Origin: Selaginella moellendorffii
Lineage: Eukaryota > Plantae > Lycopodiophyta
Direction of reading: 5' to 3'
NCBI RefSeq assembly: GCF_000143415.4
Contig: NW_003314339.1
Location: 179,751-243,750, forward strand
DNA length: 64,000 nt
Shown piece by piece: positions 10,324 to 24,500 of this stretch; positions within the stretch are counted from its first letter, which is position 1, and every line of letters begins with the position of its first letter. The notes under the pieces were generated by a model. That model searched no databases. It was given only the letters and a program-made list of their open reading frames with translations, and was not told the origin of the DNA. The position numbers and the translations under genes are program-made.

Positions 10324-12812
10324 GTGGTAACTACAAACAAATAAAAGGTTAAGAGCGATACATCACAGCCGTTGGATTAAAGGATATCTTAGAATATACC
10401 ATCCAAACCATTAGATTTTAGTCGGTGAGAGAGACTCGGGTATTCGTCTTCCTCTGTGCAGCGGAAAGCTGCCATCTCTCGATGTTTGGGTGGCTTGAAT
10501 CCCTCGGAGCTCTCCATCCGGTTGCACCCAGACAAAGGCGACGTTTTCCATCCCCTCTCTCTCAACTACACAACGGGCCTGTCGTGCCGGACTTGGGACG
10601 AGCTGGTCCAGCCGGCTTGGATGTCGAAAACCGAAAACCGAAAGATTCCAAGGATTCAAATGAAGAAACCTTGATACCCAAAGAACTCAGCTGCATCTAT
10701 CCTGACGCAATTGCTTCGCTCCCTGACACATCCCTTCCGGACTCCAAGACGCGGCAAAATGCGGCGATCATCCAAGGCATCCAGCCGCCCAAGGACGATG
10801 GATGGATTTAACAGCAAATGAAATCAATCAAGATGTGGACGTTAGATCTTGCTTCACCTGATATATAGAAGCGACTATGTTCAGGAAGTGAAATCTCCCA
10901 TTACCAAGACAAAATATGTAGATCCTATTTTAAACGCTTCGAAGTGATTACTGTATTGATGCTATTCGTGATGGATAAAGTAGTATCCTAAGAATTACAA
11001 CGACTTCCATCATTACACCATCCAAGGCGTCGTTGCCCTCACGAAGAACAGCTTCGGTCAAATCCCGGAGAAGAATCCAGTACCGTGGTTGCGAGAATGG
11101 GCATTTTGACAAGGCCGTTCACGAGATCCTGCGCAAGACCATTGTCTGCTGGATAGCTCTCACGCAAGTTTCAACTTGAGCGCCGCCAGGAGCATGTTTG
11201 AGAGCATGAAGATGCGCACCTTGGTTTCCTGGACCACCAACGCTCAAAACGCTTGAAGGACAAAATCAGGAGTCAGAACCATACTCAGGTGCTTCAATCC
11301 CTTTCGAAAGCTTCCACAGTCAGACCGTTTGCTTCTACATCCCAAAGAAACCAGGGGATACCTCCAAACCATTCAAACGCCATTTCAGCAGCATTCACTC
11401 TCTGCGTTATCTCTTTGGCTTCTTCCAATCCACTCTCGTAGTCTGTCACGCGTTTCCTCCAAGAAGACACAAGAGCATCGTACTCCTGCTTTTCCCACGC
11501 AGGCAGATAGCGAGTGAACGTTGTCCGCTTGGCTTTTCTGACATTGAACTCGTCTGGTGATGAAGCAGCAACAAGGGTTTTATTTCCAACCATCCGCCAC
11601 AGATCGATGAGATGGTATCTACTTTGCTGTCCAGCACGATCTCCTGAGGGAAGTCTTCTCTATTCACCACCCTGAGCTTGTTACCCTTGAACATCAAAAC
11701 AGTCGCTCTGGACTCGTAGATCATGACCGGAAGTACCAGACGAATGCAGATTTACCAACCCCCGAATTTCCATTCAAATGGCAGCACAACATCCACATGA
11801 ACGGCACCAGGATCTTCCTGATCTCTTTGTACAACCCATCGAATATCTCCTTCAGGTACAACTTCAGAATATTGCTGTGGAATGTGGTCAGACGAGCACC
11901 TTGAGCAAGAAATTTCATCCGTTCCAGATGGAACATTGATCCACCATGCCTGCTGAGATCTCCTAACATAGACTGCATGTTCCCATATTATTGTACGTTT
12001 TAATTGAAAAGCATTTAGCTCAAGCGTTACAATGAGCTATCCAATAAGAGCACAACTCCTTAAAATGGACATTCCAACAATGGCCTAATCTTCATTATTG
12101 AGCTTAGTCCTGGGTTCATTTTAAAAGATTGTAACCGAGCTTAGTCTTTGTACTGTGGGTTCCTTGTAAAAGATTGTAATTAGAAGCTCTATTAGCTAAA
12201 AGAGTGATGGAATCACAAGGAATCCAATCACGGTGGCGTTCTTCAGGCCACTTTAGCACACGACAATGACATCCTCAATGTTAACAATCCACCTTGCGTG
12301 TACTAGTGCTCCACGATCGGGCAAGTCTCTGCATAGGTTCATCATTTGGCGAGGAGCCCCACGTAGCTACATGTTATAACTTATGCTCTAGCATTCTTGA
12401 GGCCAGTTTCGTCCTACTAGATGGTACATCCTGACAAAGAACTTTTCTGATTTCGGAAGTGAATGTGATCTAGTCGGGAGCCATTCCTTCCAAGACCATC
12501 TCCTGGTAGAGGATCAAATTAAAGCGTGGAAGAAATTCCCAGTGAGAGCGTAGGCCTAGCAGTCCATGCGACAATGTTGTGGCACTCGGGCATTTGATCG
12601 AACATTGCCCGTGCCATGTGTGTGTCGTTTTGAGTGTAGAACTCATGCTTTTCCATGGTATGTATGGTTCTTCTCGTGCTCATTTTGCTTATACTATTGT
12701 CCAGATTGCTTCATTCCTCATAGATGTATTTTCCAAGATAAATGGAGGCCTGTAGTTCATCAACATCCAAGGCGTGGAGTGACCATAATGCAACTTGTGA
12801 TGAGACGAGTTT
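10324..12812. repeat. Segmental duplication, copy 2
   Basis: Matches 2193-4873; lacks ~105 bp present at 4698-4801; ends abruptly at a gypsy RT sequence. Confidence 0.95.
11294..11978 (-). pseudogene. Crinkler/RHS-like P-loop NTPase pseudogene, copy 2
   Basis: Same three broken ORFs as 3254-3938, with the same frameshifts. Confidence 0.7.
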
Positions 12813-15072
12813 CAAAGAGTGGTAGGCAATACACATTCGCATTGAACCGTCCTTCTTCTTCACAAGCAAGACTGGAGCACCAAATGGAGACTTACTTGGC
12901 TGAATAAATCCAAACTCAAGTAACTCCTTGACTTGTCGTTGAACTTCCTTATCCTCTGCATAACTTAACCGAAATGAACGCCGGTAAATTAGCTGCATGC
13001 CTGGCTCTAATGTAATCCCATGCTCCACACCTCGTAACGGAGGCAATCCATGAGGAAGTTTAGATAGAAAAACATCAGAAAACTCGTCAAGTACATCCCA
13101 TACTGCTACTTCTCCCCACACGTGCCTTGGTCCCCCAAGTCATGAACAAACAACAAGTAACTCCAAAGTGCTTTTCCATTACGACAAGCCCGCTTTAAAA
13201 ATGTAGCAAAGAGCATAATAACTGGTGGCTGAACGCCCTCGCCAAACTACACATCTTTAACGCCACCATACTTCAGCAAAATACGCTTAATACTCCACTT
13301 TATCTTTGAATCCACCTTCACCAACCATGGTATCCCAAGAATGAGATCCACACAATGGATATCCGTGAGATAAAAAGTCTCCACAAGTGTGGTTTTGCCA
13401 ACCAACACTTCCAACCCCTCGACACAAGCATCGAAATGTTGAGTAGAGGTAGCTACACCTCCCACTATGTATGGAAGAACTCCGTGTGTGACCAAGCCAT
13501 GCTCCGCAACAAACTTTGCCGAAACAAAGTTGTCATCGCTCCCACTATCCAGTAAAATCTGCACTGGATTGCCTTGGAACACGCCCTCCAGCATTAAAGC
13601 TGATTCATGCGTATCCTCGAACTCCATCTTGTTCCACACATAGTTGAGCTGACGAGTAACGATCGAAAGTCTCTTCCTCCGACCGGAATGGTCATTTTCG
13701 TCATCCTTATGCTGCAAAGTTTGCAACTTTTTAGTATCTGACTTACCGTGAGAAGAAGATTGGCCATTCTTCTTGTCCTACTACTTGTTCTTCAACTGCA
13801 GACAATTAGCCTTGTAGTATCCAAGTTCGCCGCAATGATGACAACCCTGTATATAATTCTTCATAAAGAACTTTTGCTTCTTGGACCCCTTTGCATCCGA
13901 AGTAGTCACCACTGACTTCAACTTGTGATGCTTGTTCCCATCCTTGTGTCCATGGCGATCATCACGACAATTCTTGACAGAAGGACTCCGTGAACGCTTG
14001 CGAGATTTGTGCTTATCATTGTCAAGTCGACGAGCTGCATCAAAGAGCACCTCCAAACTCTTTTTAGGTTGAGAATGACGCAAGTGTTGCTGCATGCTCT
14101 CACTATGTAAGCCATCAATGAAGTAGGACTTATTCTGATCTGGATCTTTCGTTGGAACATGACTAATCAAGCGAGTAAGCTTTTCAATATAGTCCCCGAG
14201 CGTCATTTTCCCTTGCTGGAAATGTTGAAGTTCTATACGAGCATTCTCCATGTTGTAATAAGGGGCAAAATGTCAACGGAAAGCAGCCTCAAACTCATCC
14301 ATGATAGACACTAGTGGTTTCTTATCCGCATTATGAGACTCCTCAAGCTAATTTCACCATTGAAGACTTGCATCATGCAAAACCATTGGAATAGCCACTA
14401 AAGCCTTTGCATCTGGAGTTCCTCTAGCAGCCAAGAACTTCTTCACATTGGCTAGCCAAGCGAGACACTCGTCCATACCACCATTACCGAAAAAAGTTGG
14501 AATCTTGAGTCGATCTACCAAAGAAGGCTTACTTGGAGCGCTACCCTGTCCAGCCTCAAGTGCCTCAACACGCCCACGCATGGTATCCATCATGCCATGC
14601 ATCTCATCTTGCATCTCTTGCTGATTTCGATTAAGGGCTCGCAACTCATGAACCACATCTTGAATGGTCCAAATCTCCATAGCTTCGTCAACATCATCGT
14701 CAGCACCACCATCGACAATAGGATTCCAGTGTTCAACTTAGTCGGCCATCGCAACCAACTCCTCTGATACCAATGTTATGATCTGGCGCAAAAAGACAGA
14801 TATCGAATCACCCTAGACTATGCTATGCCTCACCACCCAACCACCCCCAAGCTACCTCAAAAGCTCCATTGCACCGCCGCTCCACTGTGAGCCCTAGGGT
14901 AGGTTAAGTCCCTTACCCTAACATGCCTTGAGCCTCCCTTTGACCGATGTTGACCACGTGGCCAAAGCTGGTGCCTAACACTTGCCCAAGCTCGATCTTG
15001 GGCACTTTAGGGGCCAGAGGGGCTGAGGTTATTTCAATAACTTTACCCCCCTTGGTAGCCAAAGTGCCCAAG
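12813..15072 (-). mobile_element. 5' half of a Ty3/gypsy element (LTR remnant, PBS, gag, protease, start of RT)
   Basis: LTR end at 14774; iMet PBS TGGTATCAGAG at 14772-14762; gag 14680-13781 with a damaged zinc knuckle CHHCGELGYYKANC; protease LLDSGS (13247..13726); RT start SPFGAPVLLVKKKDGSMRMC, truncated. Confidence 0.92.
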
Positions 15073-16139
15073 TGTGAGACATAAAATCCCTAAGCCCCAA
15101 AGAGGAGCCGAAAGGGTGCCATGTAGCAATGGCTAAAGTGGAAGCCAAATGAGTGTAGCAAATATGGACTAAAAGCTCTGACTCAAAACATTAAGAGTGG
15201 GAGTGGAACTTTCAATGAAGTGCTCAAGGAATGAGCATGAAGCGAACAATAAGTGAGTCTCTAAAAACGGGACACAAAAGGACTAACACATGACACATGG
15301 AGGAGTTCGAGATGGAATCCGAGAAAATAGAGTTTGAGATGGAGTTTGAGATGGACCCGAGATGGAGTTTGAGATGGACTCGAGATGGAGTTTGAGATGG
15401 ACTCGAGATAGAATCCGAGATGGAGTCTGAGATGGACCTGAGATGGAGTCCGAGATGCAACTAAGACCGAGACTGAGATCGAGACCAAGATTGAGTCCGA
15501 GTCCGAAACCGAGATCGAGACCGAGTTCGAGTCCAAATCTGAGTTTGAGTCCGAATCCAAAAATCCAAATACTAATATAGGTTGTTGGGTGAAAGCCCAA
15601 AGTGATCGTCCCCCGGGGCGGGGGCTGTAGAGGGTTCTAAAAGTATAGTAGGGAGAGTGTGGGGGTTGGACCCTAGTGGAGCCAGTTTGGCCAAAAAAGG
15701 TCAATTTGGCCCAAGAAGGCTGTACTTAGGTGTTGGGTGATGAAATAACTACTAGGAAGTCCAAAGTTAAAGTGAATATGGACCGATAAGTGGGGTAGCT
15801 TGGTGAAGTATTCAAGAGCCAGCTCTAGTTCCCTTAGAAGATCGAATAGTCGATACTCCCAATCCAAGCATAGGTGGCACTACCTACTTGGATACTTGGC
15901 GTGGCTCAACAAAACCTCACTCTTAGCCCATAGCTAGAGCACCCGAGACGGAGTCCGAGATGGAGTCCGAGATGGAGTCCGAGATGGAGTCCAAGATGGA
16001 GTCCAAGATGGACCCAAGATGGAGTCCAAGATGGACCGAGACGGAGTCCGAGATGGAGTCTGAGATGGACCCAAGATGGAATCCGATATGGAGTCCGAGA
16101 AGGACCTGAGATGGAGTCCGAGGTCGAGACCGAGACCGG

Positions 16140-16178
<39 letters not shown>

Positions 16179-19100
16179 TGAGACCGGGACCAAGACTGAG
16201 GCCGAGGCCGAGACCAAGCCCAAGCCCGAGTCCGAGTCCGAGTCCGAGTCCGAGTCTAAGTTCGAGTCTGAGAGGGTGAAAGCCCAAAGCATTCGTCTCC
16301 CAGACCCTGAGGGGTTTGGTGAGCTCCAAAAGTATAGTAAGGGGGAGGATTGCAGTGGAGCCAGTTTGGCCAGGAAAGGCTAGTTTGGCCAGGAAAGGCT
16401 AGTTTGGCCTAGGAAGGCTATACCTAGTGTTGGGTGATGAGCTGCCCACTGGGAAGTCCAAGACTAGAGTGAACACGGACCGATAAGTGGGGTAGCTTGG
16501 TGAAGTGTTCAAGAGCTGGCTCTAGTTCCCCCGGGAGATCAACTGGCCGATGCTCCCAGTCCAAGTGTGGGTGGCACTACCTACTTGGATACCTGGCGTG
16601 GCTCAACGGAACCTCTCTTTAAGCCCATGGCTAGAGCACCCAAAGGCGGGAGGCGGGGAGAGTACCCACGAGGCTCGTGTAAGGCCACGGTGTTCCGAAA
16701 TGTTGCCCTGAAGTCCTAGACTATGAAAAGGAAAGGGAGCCGTCCTCTAGTGTAGAGACCAAGGATACGGTCATATGAGGAGGAAGTCCCAGAGGACCGA
16801 GGGACTTAGTGGTTGGGCTTGTGGGCCTTGATCTAGTGGCAATGTTGGCGATCAAGGCCATGGACAAAAAGGGACTTGGTGGGGACTGGAAAAGGGATAT
16901 TGGGGAAAGTTAATCCCCATGTCTGTGGGCATTCTAAGGATGCTAAGGAGGGGATCTGGGATGATCACTCGTGGATAGATGGCCCAACCTTTGAGAAACG
17001 GGACTGTGATGCAGGTGGTGTGAAACCACTGGTGTGACCAAGGTGAAGGGGCATGGCTTTAGCGCAACAGGCTAATATGTCAATGGTACCTTGGGGTGTC
17101 GGTCATAGGATCGGACACGTGGAGCACTTGGACCAAGTGTAAAGGTTAAGTGGCGGGGATGCCATTTTTGGGGCTAGCAAGCTCAAGTCCGAAATAGAAC
17201 TTAGGGAGGTTCTAAGTGAGACTCCTCCAAGTGGTTGGAGGTGTGGTTAAGTGACTAAAGTAGAATGGAAAAATTAGTCACTTACAACTTGGTATCGGAG
17301 CTATTCCTTAGTGCGACTTTTATTGGTGCTCAAGTATATCACCATTAATGTTGGCATCAGAAGGTCCTAGGGGTGGGCCTATCCTTGAGTAGCATGTCGA
17401 GAGGACATGGCTCTCCACTCAAGTTCATACGTGAACTTGGGCGTGATGTGGTGGATAGAAAAGGGACAATAATGGAACGACTTTGGGATTTTGGGAATAG
17501 TATAAGGGTTTCCTCAAAGTTTGTAGGATGTGATCCAGATGAACGTTTAACGCAGCAAACGAGCTAATATAATTGTGGTAAACACCTATAGTTGGGATCA
17601 CGGGGAAGATAGAGACTCCAAAGCAATAAAGGAGTCACAAGATTACCCTCATATAGTTGAGATTGGTGCTCATGGATGTGAGACCAAAAGAAATGACCGT
17701 AGGAGGTCAAATACGGAAAATGATACAAGTCCTTGAAATGGTAGCCGAAGCTACCTCTAACAAATGCTGGAACAACCCAAGGAGTTGGGGGTGTACTTAG
17801 AGGATGAGTTGGTGTTCTCATCACATGGACAAATAGTCTTAAGGGGCAAAATGTTGCCCCAAGAGAACAAATCAAGTGTCAAAGTAACACTTGCAAAGAT
17901 GGTCTTTATGAGTAGGACCTGAATACAAGAAGTTGTATTCTAGTGAGCTGACACCTCAAAGGTAGGACCTCACGGGTCGTCGGATGACAAAGTCCAAAAA
18001 GCTGGATGACCCAAATAGAGTCAAGGAATAATCCTAAAGGATTGATGGAAGCATTTGGACTGAGGTGTGTTGTACCCCACGAAGGATGGAGGGATCATAG
18101 GATCCAAATATGAGAACAAAGGGTATCTCATCGATGGCAAAATGTGCCATGCTAAAGTCGTGGGAAAGGTGTTCCCCAAAAAAGAAAGCAACTTTGGCAT
18201 AGAGTTGTGTGGGAACACTATGGTGCAATGCTAATTGATAGTTGGCATGAAAAACAATTGCTTTGGTCTCGGCAAAGACCTAGACACAAGTAAGAAGTGT
18301 CATAGAGGTAGGCTCGTGGAGCCGTTAGTGTGGAGACACCAAATGTGCCAAAGTGAGATTCCTTGAGGTTATGTTGATGGGTTCATAGGAACCCTTTGCC
18401 AAGGGAATGGCATAGCCTAAGCTGGAAGGCATGTGGTTGGAGTGTGGTGACCCAGATAATGATGGAGGTGTGGAAGCACCAAGCAATGAGTTGTAAGACT
18501 TAACAACTATGGGGCAACTAAAGAAGAGGTGCAAGATAATTAATTAAATTGATAGAAGGTAACTACCTAAGACTTCTTATGGGCATATAAAGACCCATGA
18601 GTAGCAATGTTAATCCCGGTGTGGGGGATGACAAGGTGAGCATACTCGAATTGAGGAACCACTCCCTAGGCTATCAGGTAGGTTCATCCCTACGAATACT
18701 TGTTAAGGCATGCTGGAAAGGGCAAAGCTATCCTCCTAGTTTGGAGGAGAATAATTGAGGGAAACATATAAGACCAAAAAACAAAGTAGTAAAGGGATGG
18801 AACCGAACCATAGTAATCGAAGGGCATAACTAAAAGTAGTTATGCGAGTTAGGAGTGGAGAATCAAGGGGTGCTTGAGCAGGTTTTTATTAACGACCGGG
18901 ATGCTATGGAGAGTCTAAAATGTGGAGTTATCCATATTAGACCATATGGTGATTAAGGAGCTTGCAAAAAGGAGAGCCTTAGCAAGCTAAGGAACAAAGT
19001 TCCTTGAAGGTTCCCAAAGACCATTTTATGTAGATAAGTACCTAGAAAGCCAAGTGTAAATGGTTCCTAGAACGCGCGAAATCGGAGTGGCACAGCAGAA

Positions 19101-21545
19101 GCGTGGTCTTGAAGCTAGCCATGACACGAGGCTATCAAGGTTAGGGAAATAGTTCCCGAGTGTTCAAAGAGAGGGTTTTGAACGAAAGTCGATGGTTAAG
19201 GACTTTCATGCTTATGCATGAACCATGTTTAGATGGCCGGATAACTTGCTAAGTGAGATTGGCAAGTCGAGGGAACAAATCCCCTAGTTGAAGGTGCTAA
19301 CTTCAAAAAGGGTAGCCCATGGGGCCAAGCATGGAGGAGTCCATGCATGATCACGGACTTGCCAAGTGAGAGGACTTGTTAGTGTGGAGGAACTAAGTTC
19401 CTAAGCTGTGATCTATAGCGTGCTTTAAATATAAGTTGGTGCACTGGCGTGGGGAGTCATGCCAGGCATCTTGGATGATGCCTTCTGTAGATGCATATAC
19501 GAAGGTTGGGTTCGAGTCCCGACCCTCTAGTGCTTGGGTTCGAGTCCCAAATCACTAGGGCGTGGTGATAGTTTGGAATATGAGGACACTCATTTTTCGG
19601 TGGTCATGGACTCTTAGTGAGGAGACTGGTTTGGGCACACCGCTAAGCGAGGGATGCCTCGGAGTCGTGATGCACGGTTAAATTGTTTAGTGGGAAAGCT
19701 TGGCATATCTAACTTAAACGCTTTGGTGCAAGTGGCACCAAAGACGTGGTGAATGAGATGGGGACACACAGTCTCAGTTGCCATGGACCCTTAGCTGAAA
19801 GGGCTAGCTTGGGTGCACTGCCAAGTGTGGGGGATGCGCCTGGGGTCATGGTCAACAACTTAAAGGTCTGGAAGACCTAGTACCTATTGGCAAACCTGTT
19901 AAGGTGCCAAGGTTAGATCACTAAGTGGTCTTATGGCTAAAACAAGGACAAGGTCCTTGTGAGGTTAAGGGATAAAGTTTCTAATTCAAAAGTGTTGATT
20001 TGAACTATTGATGATGGTGTGGCTTGGTCAAGGTGACCAAGTGGGAAAAACACCTAAGGGAAAGGAGCTATGTCAATGCGATGGCATAGTAAGTTCAAGG
20101 AAAGTAGTCTTTATAAGAGATCCAAGGGAGGGTCTCAAAAGTTGGGCCGTGGATAGAGCCTACAGCAGAAAATGTTAAAGAGACGTACTAGGGGTGAACA
20201 CCCTCTGGACTTGGCAAAGCAAAGTGTTTGTTGTGGAATCGAAAGGATATTTCGAAAATGGAGGTAGTGATCCTATGTTTTTGAATGCAACAATCAAGGA
20301 TAAGAGCAAAAGACTAATGGCTAAGAAAAGAGTCATAAGAACCATGGGAAAAAATTCAAAAGGCAAAGTTAGGCCAAAAACATTAATGTGTTGGGGGCTA
20401 ACGAATTGTGAGAAAGACAAGGTGTTTCTAAGGATGGATTTTTAATTGCTTTGATTTGGCGAAAGTGGAAGTTCCAAGAGAGGGAGTGGTAAGGTAGTCA
20501 AATGATAGGGCCATGGACAACTCTAGCACAAAGTATGATAATTGGAATTTAGTGCCCAAGATGGCACGAAATAGAAGAGAGGATGATGGTGCCCTCAAGT
20601 AGAGAACTTCCTAGGATGGGGAAGTGGAGTTGCACAATATGTGCAATACAAAGTGTCGGAAACACCTAGGAAATTGACTTCAAGTAGTCAAAAGTAAAAG
20701 TTCCAAAGTGCAAAGATTATATCAATGGAAGCTGAGACTACTCAAGAAGGAGTAGTGTGATTGAGAGAGAGACGGTGTCCCTAACAGGTTTAGTGAGAAC
20801 TAAACCAATAAAAGGAGAGAACCACTACAAATGGTCCAATCAATCTCTAAGTTGGAGAGGCTATACTCCTTAGAGGATGGGGAAGGCATGGTGAGCCTCT
20901 AATATCAAACCATTAATGAATATTGGCGAGGGGTCAAGGATGAAAACGGTAATACAAGTTGGTATTACTTTATGAAATAGTTTATCGTTCAATAAAGACA
21001 TCAAACTTCGTCTATAGGTGGTGGAGTTGTGAAACACAAAATCCCTAGGCCCCAAAGTGAAGCCGGAAGGGTGCCATATGGTAGTGGCCAAAGCGAAAGC
21101 CAAACGAGCGTAACGTGTTTGGACTAAAAGCACCGACTTGAAAGGTCGAGAGTGGGAGTGGAACTCCCAACAAAGTGCTTGAGGAATGAGCACGAAGCGA
21201 GCAATAAGCGAGGCTTTAAAAAGGGACCCAAAAGGACCAACACATGATACGTGGAAGTGTCCGAAATGGACCCAAGACTGAGTCCGAGATGGAGTCTAAG
21301 ATGGACCGAGACATGGACCGAGACGGAGTCCGAGATGGATCCAAGATGGAGTCCGAGATGGACTGAGATGGTGTCCGAGATGGACCGAGACGGAGTCCGA
21401 GATGGAGTCCGAGATGGACCCAAGATGGAGTCCGAGATGGACCGAGACGGAGTCCGAGATGGAGTCTGAGATGGACCCAAGATGGAATCCGAGATGGAGT
21501 CCGGGAAGGATCTGAGATGGAGTCCGAGGTCAAGACCGAGACCGG

Positions 21546-21589
<44 letters not shown>

Positions 21590-24500
21590 TCGAGACCAAG
21601 ACCGGGACCGAGACCGAAACCAAGGCCGAGGCCGAGACCAAGCCCAAGCCCGAGTCCGAGTCTGAGTCTGAGTCCAAGTTCGAGTCCGAGTTTGAGTCTG
21701 AGAGGGTGAAAGCCCAAAGCATTCGTCTCCGGTTTGGTGAGCTCCAAAAGTATAGTAAGGGGGAGGACTGCAGTGGAGCCAGTTTGGCCAGGAAAGGCCA
21801 GTTTGGCCCAGGAAGGCTGTACCCAGTGTTGGGTGATGAGCTGCCCACTGGGAAGTCCAAGACTAGAGTGAACACGGACTGACAAGTGGGGTAACTTGGT
21901 GAAGTGTTCAAGAACCGGCTCTAGTTCCCCCGGGAGATCAATTGGCCGATGCTCCCAGTCCAAGTGTGGGTGGCACTACCTACTTGGATACCTGGCATGG
22001 CTCAACGGAACCTCGCTCTAAGCCCATGGCTAGAGCACCCAAAGGCGGGAGGCGAGGAGAGTACCCACGAAGCTCGCGTAAGGTCACGGTGTTCCGAAAT
22101 GTTGCCCCGAAGTCCCAGACTATGAAAAGGAAGGGGAGTCGTCCTCTAGTGTAGAGACCAAGGATACAGTCATGTGAGGAGGAAGTCCCAGAGGACCGAG
22201 GGACTTAGTGGTCGGGCTTGTGGCAATGTGATCCAGTGGCAATGTTGGCGAACATAGCCATGAACAAAAAGGGACTTGGTGGGGACTGGAAAAGGGATAT
22301 TGGGGAAAGTTAATCCCCATGTTTGTGGGCATCCTAAGGATGCTAAGGAGGGGATCTGGGATGATCACTCGTGGATAGATGGCTCAACCTTTGAGAGACG
22401 GGACTGTGATGTAGGTGGTGTTAAACCACCAGTGTGACCAAGGTGAAGGGGCATGGCCTTAGCGCAACAGGCTAATATGTCGATGGTACCTTGGGGTGTT
22501 GGTCATAGGATCGGACACGTGGAGCACTTGGACCAAGTGCAAAGGTTGAGTGGCGAGGATGCCATTTTTGGGGCTAGCAAGCCCAAGTCCGAAATAGAAC
22601 TTAGGGAGGTTCTAAGTGAGACTCCTCCAAGTGGTTGGAGGTGTGGTTAAGTGACTAAAGTAGAATGGAAAAATTAGTCACTTACAACTTGGTATCGGAG
22701 GTGTTCCTTAATGCGACTTTTATTGGTGCTCAAGTATATCACTATTAATGTTGGTATCAGAAGGTCTTAAGGGTCGGCCTATCCTTGAGGAGTAGCATGT
22801 CGAGAGGACATGGCTCTCCACTCAAGTCCATACGTGAACTTGGGTGTGATGTGGTGGATAGAAAAGGGTCAATAATGGAATGACTTTGGGATTTTGGGAA
22901 TAGTATAAGGGTTTCCTCAAAGGGTTGAGGATGTGATCTAAATGAGCGTTTAACACAGCAAACGGGCTAATATAGTTGTGGTAAACAACTATAGTTGGGA
23001 TCACGGGGAAGATAGAGACTCCCAAGCAATAAAGGAGTCACAAAATTACCCTCATATAGTTGAGGTTGGTGCTCATGGATGTGAGACCAAAAGTAATGAC
23101 CACAAGAGGTCAAATACGGAAAAGGACACAAGTCCTTGAAATGGTAGCAAATGCTGGAACAACCCAAGGAGTTGGGGTTGTACTTAGAGGATGAGTTGGT
23201 GTTTTCATCACATGGACAAATAATCTTAAGGGGCAAAATGTTGCCCCAAGAGAACAAATCAAGTGTCAAAGTAACACTTGCAAAGATGGTCTTTGTGAGT
23301 AGGACTTGAATACAAGAAGTTGTATTCCATGGCTCCTACTATAGTTCATGTATGAACTTATAAGCAATGTGGTGGATAGAAAAGGGCCAATAAAGGAGCA
23401 ATTTCGGGATCTTGGGAACAATATAAGTTTTTCGTTAGAGAGTTGAGGATGTGATCTAAATGAGCATTCGACTAAAAAAACTAGCTAATGTAGTTGTGGT
23501 AAACAACTATAGTTGAGATCATGGGAAAGATAAAGACTCCAAAACAATAAAGGAGTCATAAGATTATCCTCATATAGTTGAGGCTGGTGCTTATGAATTT
23601 GAGACCGGAATTAATGACCGTGAGAGGTGAAATATGGATGAGGATACAAGTCCTTGAAATGGTAACCAGGGCTACCTTTTATAAATATAGAAACAAACCC
23701 AAGGAGTTGGGGGTGTACTTAGAGGATGAGTCGGTATTTTCATCATAGGGATTGATAGTTCTAATGAGCAAAGATAGTCCATAGGGAACGAAAAATAATC
23801 AAATGTTGGAATAACACTTGCAAAGACAGTCTTTATGAGTAAGACATGAATACAAGAAGTTGTATTTCAATGAGTTGGTACGTCAAAAGTAGGATCTTAT
23901 GGGTCATTAGATTAGCAAAGTTTGAAGATGCTAGATGACTCAAGTAGAGTCAAGGTATGATACTAAGGGATTATTAAAAGCATTTGGATAAAGGTGTGTT
24001 CTACCCCATAAAGGATGGGGAGGATCATAAGATTCAAGTATGAGAACAATGGGTATTTCATTGATACCCGAATATACTATATTAAAGTGGTGGGAAAGGT
24101 GTTCCCAGACGAAAGCAACTTTGGCACAAAGCCATGTATAAACACTATAATGCAATGCTAACGGATACTTGGTATGAGAAACAACTATATTGGTTTTGGC
24201 AAAGATCTAGACATAAGTAAGAAGTGTTATAAAGGTAGATTCGTGGAGTTGATGGTGTGAAGACACTAAATGTGCCAAGGTGTGATGCCTTGAGGTCAAG
24301 TTGGCAAGTTCATGAGAACCCCTTCCTAAAGGAATCTTAATGGAAATGGGAATAGCATAGCCTAAGCTGAAAGGCACACAATTGGAGTGTGGTGACCCAA
24401 ATAATGATAGAGGTGTTGAAATATCAGTAATGAGTTGTAGGACTTAACAACTATGAGGCAACTAAGCAAAAGGTATAAAATAGTTGATTGAATTAGTAAA

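Noticed and set aside
13646-13675. CTGACGA...GAAA as a hammerhead ribozyme core (also CTGATGA at 44441)
   Set aside because: Helix II and the flanking helices cannot be formed.
15945-16272. Regular short repeats as a possible CRISPR array
   Set aside because: No unique spacers and no cas genes; the context is a eukaryotic LTR.
15224-16383. Many low-complexity ORFs (LGLGL, ETETE, SDSIS, PRPR), also at 21.1-22.0, 27.1-27.8, 55.3-55.6 and 60.4-61.1 kb
   Set aside because: They are translations of the LTR minisatellite, open in several frames on both strands.
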